This document shows, one piece after another, positions 1 through 9,900 of a DNA stretch of 64,000 nt. Position 1 is the first letter of the stretch. The number at the start of each line of letters is the position of its first letter. The notes beneath the pieces were generated by a model. That model had not been told where the DNA came from and searched no databases. It worked only from the letters and a program-made list of their open reading frames with translations. Origin of the DNA: Candidatus Multivorans sp. (GTDB lineage Bacteria; Acidobacteriota; Thermoanaerobaculia; Multivoradales; Multivoraceae); contig OZ245033.1 of the NCBI GenBank assembly GCA_965224025.1, positions 3,136,001-3,200,000 of the forward strand. Direction: 5' to 3'. The position numbers and the translations under genes are program-made.

Positions 1-1
1 C

Positions 2-166
2 AACCGCGGGCTGTGGCGCCACGAGCTCTTCGCCCGCGTCGTCCAGGCGGTCATCGAACTCGCGGCCGAAGGCTCCGAGGAGCGGTCGATCCTGGAGTCG
101 GTTCAGAACCACCTGCAAGGCCGGGGCGCCGCCGCTGTCGCACCGCGGCAGCGGAGCATGTTGTAG
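2..166 (+). CDS. 3' end of a gene entering from the left, probably a DUF1156-family adenine DNA methyltransferase (partial)
   Basis: Manual frame-2 translation NRGLWRHELFARVVQAVIELAAEGSEERSILESVQNHL...ML* (TAG 164-166). It resembles DUF1156 C-termini as I recall them, and the downstream DUF499 gene fits that context. Confidence 0.55.
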   Translation, partial: NRGLWRHELFARVVQAVIELAAEGSEERSILESVQNHLQGRGAAAVAPRQRSML

Positions 167-175
167 GTTCGCGCC

Positions 176-1477
176 GTGATCACGTCGGTTCGACTCAAGA
201 ACTTCAAGAACTTCGCGGACGAGACGCTGCGGATGGGGCCCTTTACGGTCCTGGTCGGCGCCAACGCGAGCGGCAAGAGCAACATCCGCGACGCATTCCG
301 CTTCCTGCACGGCATCGGCCGGGGATATCGACTGGCCGACATCATCGGCGGCCGGTATGGCGCCGGCGGACAGGTGGAGTGGGAGCCGATCCGTGGCGCC
401 GTCGATGAGATCGTTCGCTTCGGCGATGCCGAGTTCCGCTTGGCGGTCAACATGAGGTTCGCCGTGGAGGGGTCGTCAGTCCACAAGTCGTGGCGCCCGG
501 CGGCCTACGCCTTGGCCGTCGGTCGCGGGGCGAACGCAGCTTCCGTGTTCCGAGTGATCGACGAGAGTCTGTCGCTTGGTTGGGGGGAACCGCTCTTTAC
601 GAGCACGCCGGACCCCGGCGATGCGATCTGGCGCGAAAGGGACGGTGCTGACTTGCTTCTACGCATGGCGAAGACCGGGTCGCAAAGGAAGTTGGGGAAC
701 CGCGTCCGAGTTGCGCGGGACCGACCGGCGCTGGTGCAGATGCAGAAGCTGAAGGGCGTAGTTGGGTACCACCAGGGCGAAGCGCGGCGTACGCAGGATC
801 TGCTCGCGAACATGCGCTTTCTTGACCTGTCGCCCGAGCGAATGCGGCGACCCGCATTCCCGGGCCAAACGGTCCTCGGCGACCGTGGCGACAACCTGCC
901 GACGGTGCTGAGGGAGATTTGCGCCGACCCACGCCGGAGGGACACGCTAGTCGAATGGACACGTGAGTTGACGCCGATGGACGTGGAGGACTTCGCGTTC
1001 CCCGTCGATCCGACCACCGGTCGGGTTCAGTTGGCACTACGGGAGACTGGCAGCAGAACCGTCTCGGCCTACGCCGCCTCGGACGGCACGCTCCGCTTCT
1101 TGGCCATGCTGGCGGCCCTACTCGGTGGGGATCCTGCTGGTCTTTATGTCTTCGAAGAGATCGACAACGGGATTCATCCGTCGCGGCTGAGGCTGCTGAT
1201 CGACCTCATCGAAAGCCAGACGAAGAAGGGGCATGTGCAGGTGCTGACGACCACTCATTCGCCGGACCTGCTATCGATGGTCAGCGACGAGACCTTCAAG
1301 CACACGTCGGTGGTCTGCCGCCATCCGGAGACCAACGCCGCCGTCATTCGGCCGGTTGCGGAGCTACCGGACGCCGACCGCCTTCGCCAATCGCGTGGGT
1401 TGGGGAGGCTTCATGCCTCCGGCTGGATGGAGGACGCCGTGTTCTTCACGGAAGAGGACGGTGCGGTCGAACCGTGA
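176..1477 (+). CDS. ABC-type (AAA_21/SMC-like) defence ATPase
   Basis: Walker A GANASGKS, signature SDGTLRFL, Walker B/D-loop FEEIDNGIHP, H-loop TTHSP. Confidence 0.9.
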   Translation: MITSVRLKNFKNFADETLRMGPFTVLVGANASGKSNIRDAFRFLHGIGRGYRLADIIGGRYGAGGQVEWEPIRGAVDEIVRFGDAEFRLAVNMRFAVEGSSVHKSWRPAAYALAVGRGANAASVFRVIDESLSLGWGEPLFTSTPDPGDAIWRERDGADLLLRMAKTGSQRKLGNRVRVARDRPALVQMQKLKGVVGYHQGEARRTQDLLANMRFLDLSPERMRRPAFPGQTVLGDRGDNLPTVLREICADPRRRDTLVEWTRELTPMDVEDFAFPVDPTTGRVQLALRETGSRTVSAYAASDGTLRFLAMLAALLGGDPAGLYVFEEIDNGIHPSRLRLLIDLIESQTKKGHVQVLTTTHSPDLLSMVSDETFKHTSVVCRHPETNAAVIRPVAELPDADRLRQSRGLGRLHASGWMEDAVFFTEEDGAVEP

Positions 1478-2043
1478 GAGTCCTGATCGTGCCGGAGGAC
1501 TTCCGCAAGGACCAGTACATCCTCAAGCCCCTCTTCGAGCGGTTGTTCCGAGAGTTGGGAAGGGGCGCGGCGCGCATCCGGGTCTGTCAGAACCCCTTGC
1601 TCGGCGGTATCGACCAGGCGTTGAAGTCGGAACGCCTGGCGGAGATCATGGATCTGTACCGTATGGTCGACATCTTCGTTCTGTGCGTGGACCGAGACGG
1701 CGAGAAGGGGCGACGGCGTCGCTTGGACGCCATCGAGGAGGAGTTCAGCGCCGGGCGGACGTTTCTGGCGGAGAACGCCTGGGAGGAGTTGGAGACCTGG
1801 ACGCTTGCAGGTCTCGATCTGCCTCCGGCGTGGAACTGGTCCGACGTTCGCGCCGAAGTTTCCGTCAAGGAGCGGTACTTCGACAAGCTCGCTGAGGAAC
1901 GAGGCGTCGCCGATGCACCCGGAGGCGGCCGCAGGCCCTTGGGCGAGGAAGCTGCGCGCAGGATCTCAGCCATCCGGCAGAAGTGTCCCGAGGACTTCGA
2001 TGCTCTCGCTCTCCGGTTGGAGAGCCTTGTGGCCGCTGGCTGA
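1474..2043 (+). CDS. TOPRIM-like (DUF4276-type) partner of the ATPase
   Basis: GTGA overlap with the ATPase; acidic motifs IVPED, VDRDG, EELETW. Confidence 0.7.
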   Translation: MRVLIVPEDFRKDQYILKPLFERLFRELGRGAARIRVCQNPLLGGIDQALKSERLAEIMDLYRMVDIFVLCVDRDGEKGRRRRLDAIEEEFSAGRTFLAENAWEELETWTLAGLDLPPAWNWSDVRAEVSVKERYFDKLAEERGVADAPGGGRRPLGEEAARRISAIRQKCPEDFDALALRLESLVAAG

Positions 2044-2116
2044 CCGGCTTGGGTAGCGCGTCGTTCGAGTCGACACTTCCGGCGGGACCGCTGCGCGGCC
2101 GCCGATCAGCGCGCGC

Positions 2117-3586
2117 CTACCGCCCACCTGACTCGTCGCCTTGGAACATTGGCGTCGTCGCCATCGGCCCGAGCGTCAGGGCCGATTTCCCGACGGCGTA
2201 GCAGTAGGCCGCGGCGGGTCCGATGTTGATCGGACCGCTGCCGGCCCACGGCTGGTCTCCCCGTCGCGCCGTCCTCGTTGTGAGCAGGACTCGGGTGTTC
2301 GGGTGGCGTTGCGAAAACGCCACGAGACCCTCGAGTCGGTTGGGCGCCGCGGCCAGTCGGTCCGACCACTTGACTTCGACGCACCAATCCGGCCGCTGCC
2401 GGGCGTCGAGATGAACGAGGTCCACCTCGCCGGCCGGGATGCTCCGCCGTGCAGGCCACCGGGCGTAGTGGAGGTTCGCGTTCGAGTGAAGCCACTGGGC
2501 GAAGACCGCGGTTTCGACCAGGCTGCCGAAGACGTCGTCCTGTTCGTCCACGGGACCGAACAGGGCCGTGCGGAGGGACGGTGTGGCGAGGTGGATCTTG
2601 AAGTGCGTGGCACGTTTGAACCGCCTTGCATTCTCGTCGATCCGGTGGATCCTCCGGATCAGGAAGGCGGCTTCCAGATAGTCGAGGTAGCGTCTTATCG
2701 TCGGCTTGCTCACGCCCGACCCCTTGGACAAGGCGTCGAGCGAGATCTCTCCCGCCGTGTTGTAGGCGAGCATCGCGAACAGCCGGTTGAGTTCCTGGAC
2801 GTCCCGGATGCCGTAGAGACTTGGGAGGTCGCGGAGAAGCACCTTGTCCACGATGTCGGACCGAATGTAGCGCCCCGGGTCTTCGCGCACGGAGGTGGAC
2901 GTGATCGCCTCGGGGTAGCCGCCGAAGTTGACGTAGTCGACGAAGTGCCGGTTGAGCTCCGTCCAGTCCCCGCCGCGGAGTCGGTCTGAGCGCGGCGGGT
3001 TTGCGAGACGGTCGATCCCCGAGAGGTACAGGTACTCCCAGAACGTGAGTGGCGGCAGCAGAAAGTCGGTGAAGCGGCCGGCGCCCGACTCCACGCTCTT
3101 GCGTTTCAGTGCCGCGGCCGCCGATCCGCAGGCGACGCACTGGACTTCGGGGTGCGCGTCGACAAAAGCCTTCAGGTGGCGTTCCCAGTCCGGCAGGTAC
3201 TGGATTTCGTCGAGGAGCAGGACGCGCAGGCCTTTCCCGTCGTCTACCTGGGCGGCGCGAGAGAGTGCCTGCGCGGCATCTTCGATCGACAGCCCGGTGT
3301 AGAGCGGCTGATCGAGAGAGAGATAGCCGATCTGCCGCGGGCCGCACCGTTCGGAGTCGATCAGACGCCGGATCACGTGGTGGAGCAAGACGGTCTTGCC
3401 GATGCGTCGCGGTCCCATGAGGATGACCGCCCGCCGCACGTCGGTTCTCGTCGCCAAGTCCGCGAACTGGCTGCAGTACGTCCTCTCGGCGAGCACCTCG
3501 TAATCTCGGCGGATGCGGCCGTCCGTCCACCACGGATTGTCGGCCTTCATCCGCTGGAGGCGTTGATCTCCCGAGATCTCGCGCAT
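2117..3586 (-). CDS. AAA_14 + DUF4143 ATP-binding protein with C-terminal PD-(D/E)xK-like domain
   Basis: NPWW, Walker A GPRRIGKT, Walker B LLDEIQ, FGGYPE, EVDLV...VEVKW. Start set at ATG 3586 because TATGTT lies 6 nt upstream. Confidence 0.88.
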   Translation of the reverse strand: MREISGDQRLQRMKADNPWWTDGRIRRDYEVLAERTYCSQFADLATRTDVRRAVILMGPRRIGKTVLLHHVIRRLIDSERCGPRQIGYLSLDQPLYTGLSIEDAAQALSRAAQVDDGKGLRVLLLDEIQYLPDWERHLKAFVDAHPEVQCVACGSAAAALKRKSVESGAGRFTDFLLPPLTFWEYLYLSGIDRLANPPRSDRLRGGDWTELNRHFVDYVNFGGYPEAITSTSVREDPGRYIRSDIVDKVLLRDLPSLYGIRDVQELNRLFAMLAYNTAGEISLDALSKGSGVSKPTIRRYLDYLEAAFLIRRIHRIDENARRFKRATHFKIHLATPSLRTALFGPVDEQDDVFGSLVETAVFAQWLHSNANLHYARWPARRSIPAGEVDLVHLDARQRPDWCVEVKWSDRLAAAPNRLEGLVAFSQRHPNTRVLLTTRTARRGDQPWAGSGPINIGPAAAYCYAVGKSALTLGPMATTPMFQGDESGGR

Positions 3587-3809
3587 GAGGTGAACATAGC
3601 GCCTCCGGTGCGGATTGGTCAAGCTAGAGAAAGAACACTTGTCTTAGCTTGATGGCGACCCGTAAACCGTTCACTATCAGTGAGTTACCGCAGGTGACGA
3701 GCGGACACGGGACGACGGACCGGCTGCCGGCACCTCCGCGAGCGAACTGTGTTGTAGGTTCGCCCGACACCTTGCGTGCTCCGACCGTTCCCGTCTCGAG
3801 GAGACGAAC

Positions 3810-4931
3810 ATGCCCGATTCGGCGCCACCGAAAGCTGCCCCCATCCTGTTCGCCGCGGTGTGGCTGGCCGCGTCGACAGCCGGCGGTCAGCCCGCGCCGG
3901 ACCGGCCCCAGTTCCACGACGCTCACTTCCACCTGACGAACTACGTCCAGCGCGGCGTCACGTTGAGCGAGTTCCTCGTGACGGCGGGCGACGACGTGGG
4001 CCGCACGGCCGTCTTCGGTATCCCCCTGCAGCAGAAGTGGGACTTCTTCGAATCGGGCGAGAGGGCGCCAGACTACTACCTGCACTCGGATGCGGCGCTC
4101 TACTACTACTCCTTCGTCGACGCGATCATCGCCGAGGAGTACCAGTTGCTCTCGCCGGAGGAGCAAGAGCGGTTCGACCCGATGATCACCGGCTTCAACC
4201 CGACCGACATGTATGCCGCCGATCACATCCGGCGCGTCCTGACGCTCTACCCGGGGGTGTTTTCCGGGATCGGGGAGTTCTCGATCCACAAGGAGTTCGT
4301 GACTTCGAAGACTCTGGGGCACACGGCCAGTCTGAGGAATCCCGCTCTGCACCGGGTGCTCGACTTCGCGGGCGAAGTCGGCTTGGCGGTCATTCTCCAC
4401 AACGACATCGACACCGTGCTGCCTACTGGAGCGCCCGAGCCGGTCCACCTGGAGTTGCTCCGAGAGATCTTCCGCGCCCACCCCGAGGTCACGATCATCT
4501 GGGCGCACACGGGGCTCGGCCGCTTCGTGGCCCCGGCCGTCGACCATGTGGAGTTGCTCGATGGACTGCTGTTCGACGACGCGTTCGCCCACGTCCACTG
4601 CGACCTTTCGTGGGACGAGGTGGCGAAGTACGTCGTCCGCGACGAGGGTGCGCTCGAAGCCTGGGCGGCCCTGCTTGAGCGGCATCCGGACCGCTTCCTG
4701 TTCGGCACGGACTCCGTGGCGCCCGCCGACCGCGACGGCTACCTCAAGACCTGGCGCGACTACCGGCGGCTCTGGGAGCGTCTGAGCGAGGAGACGCGTT
4801 ACGCGATCCTGAGGGGCAACTACGAGCGCATTTTCGACGCCGCCAACAGCCGAGTGCGCACGTGGGAGGAGCGGAACGTCGGTCGGCCCCAGGGCACCGA
4901 GGTGGCGTCGGATGGAACGGTGGAGCAGTAG
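3810..4931 (+). CDS. Secreted amidohydrolase-family protein
   Basis: Signal peptide, DAHFH, GIGE, WAH, FLFGTD; GAGGAG RBS. Confidence 0.85.
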   Translation: MPDSAPPKAAPILFAAVWLAASTAGGQPAPDRPQFHDAHFHLTNYVQRGVTLSEFLVTAGDDVGRTAVFGIPLQQKWDFFESGERAPDYYLHSDAALYYYSFVDAIIAEEYQLLSPEEQERFDPMITGFNPTDMYAADHIRRVLTLYPGVFSGIGEFSIHKEFVTSKTLGHTASLRNPALHRVLDFAGEVGLAVILHNDIDTVLPTGAPEPVHLELLREIFRAHPEVTIIWAHTGLGRFVAPAVDHVELLDGLLFDDAFAHVHCDLSWDEVAKYVVRDEGALEAWAALLERHPDRFLFGTDSVAPADRDGYLKTWRDYRRLWERLSEETRYAILRGNYERIFDAANSRVRTWEERNVGRPQGTEVASDGTVEQ

Positions 4932-4996
4932 GGTAGACCCCCGATGGCGGCATCATCCTGTCGTTGGCGCCGAGAGACCTTCTGTAGGCTGTGGCC

Positions 4997-6268
4997 ATGA
5001 TCCGCCGGATCCAAGCGCTCAACTACCGCTGTCTGCGCTCAATCGATGTACGGCTTGACCGGTTTCACGTGCTGGTCGGGCCCAACGGAAGCGGCAAGAG
5101 CACGCTGCTCGATGTGGTCGGCTTCCTGGGCGACATGGTGTCCGAGGGGTTGCACAAGGCTGTCGAGGCACGCACCCGGAACTTCCAGGACTTGGTTTGG
5201 GGTCGACCCAAGGACGGTCTTGGCTTCGAGTTGGCGGTGGAGTTCGATCTACCGGACAACGTGAAGAGCGAGCTGCCCGGGGACAAGGGCTTCGAGCTCT
5301 TTCGCTACGAGATCGGGATCGAGGAGGACGAGCGTGGCGGAGTACGCATCGAATCCGAAAGGGGTCTGCTCCTTCCCCGCTGGGACGACGCACCAGCGCA
5401 GCGTGTTCTTCGTTTCCCGGATCCGCCGACCGCCCCTCCGACGATCCTCCTTCGCGGCGGACGACGCGGCGCCCGAACGATACTGAGCAAGTCCGATACG
5501 GGAAGGGACAACTTCAATATCGAAGTCTCGGACAAACCTGGCAAGGGGTGGGCCATCAGCATTTCGTTCGGCCCGGGACGATCGACGCTGCGGAACTTGC
5601 CGGAGGCCCCTGAGAAGTTCCCTGCTTCGACTTACGTCAGGCGCTTGTTGGAGACGGGTACCCACAGGCTTTTCCTGGACAGCGAGCGGATGCGCCAATC
5701 GAGCCCTCCGGAGCGGCGGCGCGAGGCTCTATCTTCCGACGGCGCCAATCTCCCTCGTGTGATCCGGAGGCTCCAGGAAGACTGCGGCGAGAAGTTCAAA
5801 CAGTGGCTGAGTCATGTTCGCTCGGCGCTGCCTGCGATCCGGGGCGTTCGTGTTGTCGACCGAAAGGACGATCGCCACTGCTATCTGATGATTCGCTACG
5901 AGACAGGGGTAGAAATTCCCTCGTGGATGCTGTCCGACGGGACGTTGCGGCTCCTGGCGCTGACTCTGCCAGCCTATCTTGCGGATTCTGAGGGGATTTA
6001 CCTCATCGAGGAACCGGAGGACGGTCTTCATCCAGGCGTGGTGCAGGACGTGTACGACGCTCTGTCGTCGGTGTACAACTCCCAGGTGTTGCTGGCGACG
6101 CATTCGCCCGTCTTCCTTAGCCATGTAGATCTGGAGCACGTTCTCTGCCTGGGAATGGACGCCCATGGCGCGACGGACATGATCCCGGCGACGGCGCATC
6201 CCAGACTCAGGGACTGGCGGGGAGAGCCGGACTTGAGTGTTTACTTCGCGGCGGGTGTCTTGGGATGA
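4997..6268 (+). CDS. ABC-type defence ATPase, MAD3-like
   Basis: MIRRIQALNYRCLR start, GPNGSGKS, SDGTLRLL, IEEPEDGLHP, ATHSP; C-terminal HPRLRDWRGE..L.VYFAAGVLG. Confidence 0.85.
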   Translation: MIRRIQALNYRCLRSIDVRLDRFHVLVGPNGSGKSTLLDVVGFLGDMVSEGLHKAVEARTRNFQDLVWGRPKDGLGFELAVEFDLPDNVKSELPGDKGFELFRYEIGIEEDERGGVRIESERGLLLPRWDDAPAQRVLRFPDPPTAPPTILLRGGRRGARTILSKSDTGRDNFNIEVSDKPGKGWAISISFGPGRSTLRNLPEAPEKFPASTYVRRLLETGTHRLFLDSERMRQSSPPERRREALSSDGANLPRVIRRLQEDCGEKFKQWLSHVRSALPAIRGVRVVDRKDDRHCYLMIRYETGVEIPSWMLSDGTLRLLALTLPAYLADSEGIYLIEEPEDGLHPGVVQDVYDALSSVYNSQVLLATHSPVFLSHVDLEHVLCLGMDAHGATDMIPATAHPRLRDWRGEPDLSVYFAAGVLG

Positions 6269-6903
6269 ATTCCGGCGCCGCGCCCCTGAATCTCATCGTT
6301 CTGGCCGCAGACAAGCACATCAAGGCGTCGCTTGAGGCGTTGCTGCGACGGCGGCCTGCGGATTTGGGGATTCGGGACGTGGTGTTTGAAACGTATCGGC
6401 ATCCCGAGTCGGATCCGGGCTGCCGGGTCAGGGCAGTTGAGTTTCTGCGCCCGTTTGCCAACGAAGATACTCACGCCCTGGTTGTCTTCGATCACGAGGG
6501 GTGCGGTAGCCGGGATTCGCCCGAGAAGATCCAGAAAGGAGTTGAAGAAGCGCTCGGGCGCAACGGCTGGAGGGGGCGCTCAAGGGTCATCGTGATCTCC
6601 CCAGAGTTGGAGGCATGGGTTTGGAACTCCTCAGATGCAGTCGCGCGTTTCCTCGGATGGGGTGACCGGCTCGATCCGCTGCGGGCGTGGCTTGAGGACC
6701 GGGGCCTCTGGTCGCGGCGGAATCCCAAGCCGGCCGATCCGAAGGAGGCTCTACGTCAGGCGCTGCGCCGCAGAGGCCGGGTGCCGTCCGCTGCCTTGTT
6801 CAGGAAGCTGGCCGCCTCCGTGGACTTTGCCGGCTGTGAGGACCGTGCCTTCAACGAACTGCTCGGCACCCTCCGAACGTGGTTCCCGAGGTCTGAGGCC
6901 TGA
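6265..6903 (+). CDS. MAD4-like / TOPRIM-like partner protein
   Basis: ATGA overlap; LIVLAADK, HPESDPGC, VVFDHEG, PELEAWVW, DPKEA, C.DRAF..L...LRTWFP. Confidence 0.75.
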   Translation: MNSGAAPLNLIVLAADKHIKASLEALLRRRPADLGIRDVVFETYRHPESDPGCRVRAVEFLRPFANEDTHALVVFDHEGCGSRDSPEKIQKGVEEALGRNGWRGRSRVIVISPELEAWVWNSSDAVARFLGWGDRLDPLRAWLEDRGLWSRRNPKPADPKEALRQALRRRGRVPSAALFRKLAASVDFAGCEDRAFNELLGTLRTWFPRSEA

Positions 6904-9900
6904 TGGCCAGGCCACGCCCCAAGCCCTGGCACCAAGTCGTCCGGCTGAAGGACGAGCTGCGCTCGGGCGAACTGTCGCTGGCGGAGTTCGCCGCCGATCT
7001 GCATGAGGTCACGCTCGCACGGGGCAAGCGGCCGGTGTACGAGGAGGCGGACAAGTTCTTCGCCCTGACCTATCCAACGCACGCGTTGCGGGATCTCGCC
7101 CGTGATGTGGCGGCGAGGCTCGCGGGGCGAAGCGACAAGGCCGTGCGGCAGTTGGAGCTGACCTACGGCGGCGGCAAGACGCACACGCTGATCACTCTCT
7201 ATCACCTGTTCCGGGATCCCGAGGGTTTGCCGGACGTGCCGGCGGTGAGTGAGTTCCGGCAACACGCGGGTCACCAGTTGCCCCGAGCGCATGTGGCTGC
7301 GCTGTGCTTCGACAAGATCGATGTCGAGCGCGGCATCGAGGGAGTGCGTTCCCCGGAAGGCGATACCCGCGTGCTTCGCCACCCCTGGAGCGTGCTCGCG
7401 TACCAGCTCGCCGGCGACGACGGGCTGCGGTCGATCCATGGCGAGGGCGGTGCCGAGGAACGCGAGACTCCTCCGGCCGAGCCCTTGCTGGTCAAGTTGC
7501 TGGAGCGCCCGCAAGAGCGCGGCCTCGGAACGCTCATCCTGGTCGACGAGGTCCTCATGTACGCGCGGGAGAAGGCCGGTCAGGACCGCGTGTGGCGGCA
7601 TCGCATCATCGACTTCTTCCAGTACCTCGTACAGGCCACGACGAAGGTGGATCGCGCGGTGCTGGTGGCCTCGTTGCTGGCTACGGATCCCGCCAAGCAA
7701 CAGGGAGCGGAAGGCCAGCGGCTGATCGGCGATCTGTTCGACGTGTTCCGCAGGCAGCGGGAGGAGGGCGTGCAGCCGGTCGGTAGGAAGGACGTGGCGG
7801 AAGTGCTGCGGCGCCGGTTCTTCGAGCCCGAGGCGTTGCGGGACACCGAGTCGTGGCGTTCGCAGGCGATCGGGGCGGTGCGGGAGCTGGCCGGGCTGGA
7901 CGAAACGACAGCCAGGAGCAGGAAGACGGAAGAGGACCGTTTCGAGGGCAGCTTCCCATTCCATCCCGACTTGACCGACGTGTTCTACAGCCGGTGGACG
8001 CAGCTTCCGGGCTTCCAACGCACGCGCGGCATTCTGCGCATTCTGGCGACGGCGTTGCGCGAGGCCGAGTCCTGGGATGGGAGTCCTCTGGTCGATTCCT
8101 CTGCGCTGCTGACGGCCCAAGGGACGGATGGTGTTTCGGAAGCGGTGCGCGAGCTGGCGGGCGTCGCGAGTTCGGAGACCGGCGAGGGCGCGAGAACCGA
8201 TTGGACCACGCTGCTGGAGGCCGAGTTGGACAAGGCGCGGCGGATCCAGGCGGAGCTGCCGGCCCTGGCGGCCCGCCGGGAGGTGGAGCAGGCTGTGCTG
8301 GCGGTCTTCCTCTACTCTCAGCCGATCGGCCGAAAGGCCTCGACGCCGGAGTTGTTGCGGATGGTCGGCGCTGGCGGTCCCGACAAGATCGGGATTCGCA
8401 AGGGACTCGCCCGCTGGCGCGAGCTGTCCTGGTTCCTGGACGACGAGGATGTCGGCGCCGATGTTCACGGCGTGGGTGGCGGCCTACCAAAGTCGTGGCG
8501 CCTTGGCAATCGTCCCAATCTGCGCCAGATGCACGACGAAGCATGCAAGGAGCGCGTGTCGGCTCAGGCTGTCGAGACCCGTCTCGAGGAGGCCGTTCGC
8601 AAAGCCAGAGTGCTTACGGACGGCGCCCGTGCTGCCGGCGCCGCCGTCCACATGTTGCCGGCGTCCCCAGGGGATGTAGGCGATGATGGCGCCTTCCGGT
8701 ACGTCGTGGTGGGCCCCGATGCCACCTCGGAATCCGGCAAGCCCAGCGCGCTGGCGAAGCGGTATCTGGCCGAGACCACTGGCTCGGCCCGCCCGCGTGT
8801 GCATCGCAATGCGGTGGTTCTTGGTGTGCCGTCGCGCGATGGCCTGGAGGCGGCGCGGGGCAGCATCCGCGCGTTGCTCGGCTGGGAGGACGTGCAGGGC
8901 CGACTCACGGGGCAAACGGTCGATGCGATACAGGCCGAACGGCTCCATCGGCAGCTTCGAGATGCGCGCGCGCGGGTTCCCGATGCCGTCCGGCAGGCGT
9001 ACTGCGTGGTTGTCACCGCGAACACCGACGGTGACCCACAGGCTTTCAAGCTGCCAGGGGCGGCGGGTCCCCTGTTCACGGAGATCAAGAGCGACGAGCG
9101 GTCGCGAATCCGGGAGACCCCGGTCGACGCTGAAGCGCTTCTCCCGGACGGGCCGTATGACCTGTGGCGGCAGGGCGAGCAGGCGCGATTCGTGAAGGAT
9201 CTCGCTGGCGCATTCGCGCGGTATCCCCATCTCCCCAAGGTGCTGAGGCCGCGGATTGTCCGTGAGACGGTGCTGCAGGGCGTGGAGCGCGGTCTCCTGG
9301 TTGCCCGGCTTGAGCGGCCCGACGGCAGTTGCCGGACCTGGTGGCGAGAGCCGGTGGATTCGGAGTGCGTAGACGATCTTGCGCTCGAGGTCGTGCTTCC
9401 GGGCGGCGCCGAGCTCAGACGTCTCGCCCCGTCCCTGCTGGAACCGGGGAGGTTGCCAGGACTGTGGCCGGATGCGGGCCGCGGAGTCGATTTCACGGCT
9501 CTGTTGGAGTACTTCGGCGGTGACTTCACGGTGACCGTCCCGCACGAGGGTTACGACGACGTGGTCGAGATTCCGGGTTGTTCCCCAGCGGTTGTGGAAG
9601 AGGTCGTCTGCCAGGCCGTGGAGCAGGGCTTCGTCTGGCTGCGCAACGGGCCCACGTCGGTGTGGAAAGAAGAGGTCCCCTACGGTGCGCTCGATGAACG
9701 TGCGGTTCTGCTGCGGCCGCTCGATGAGTTGAGGCCCCAGGAACTGATTGAAGAAGCGCTACCAGGCGCTTGGAGCGACGAACAGGCGACCGGCTGGGGC
9801 CTCTCGCAGGCGTTGTCGCAGGTTCGGGGGGCGCCGGTGCCGTGGGGGCTTCTTCGCGAGGGGATCGCCAACGCGGTGCGTAGTCGCTGGTTGGAGGTCC

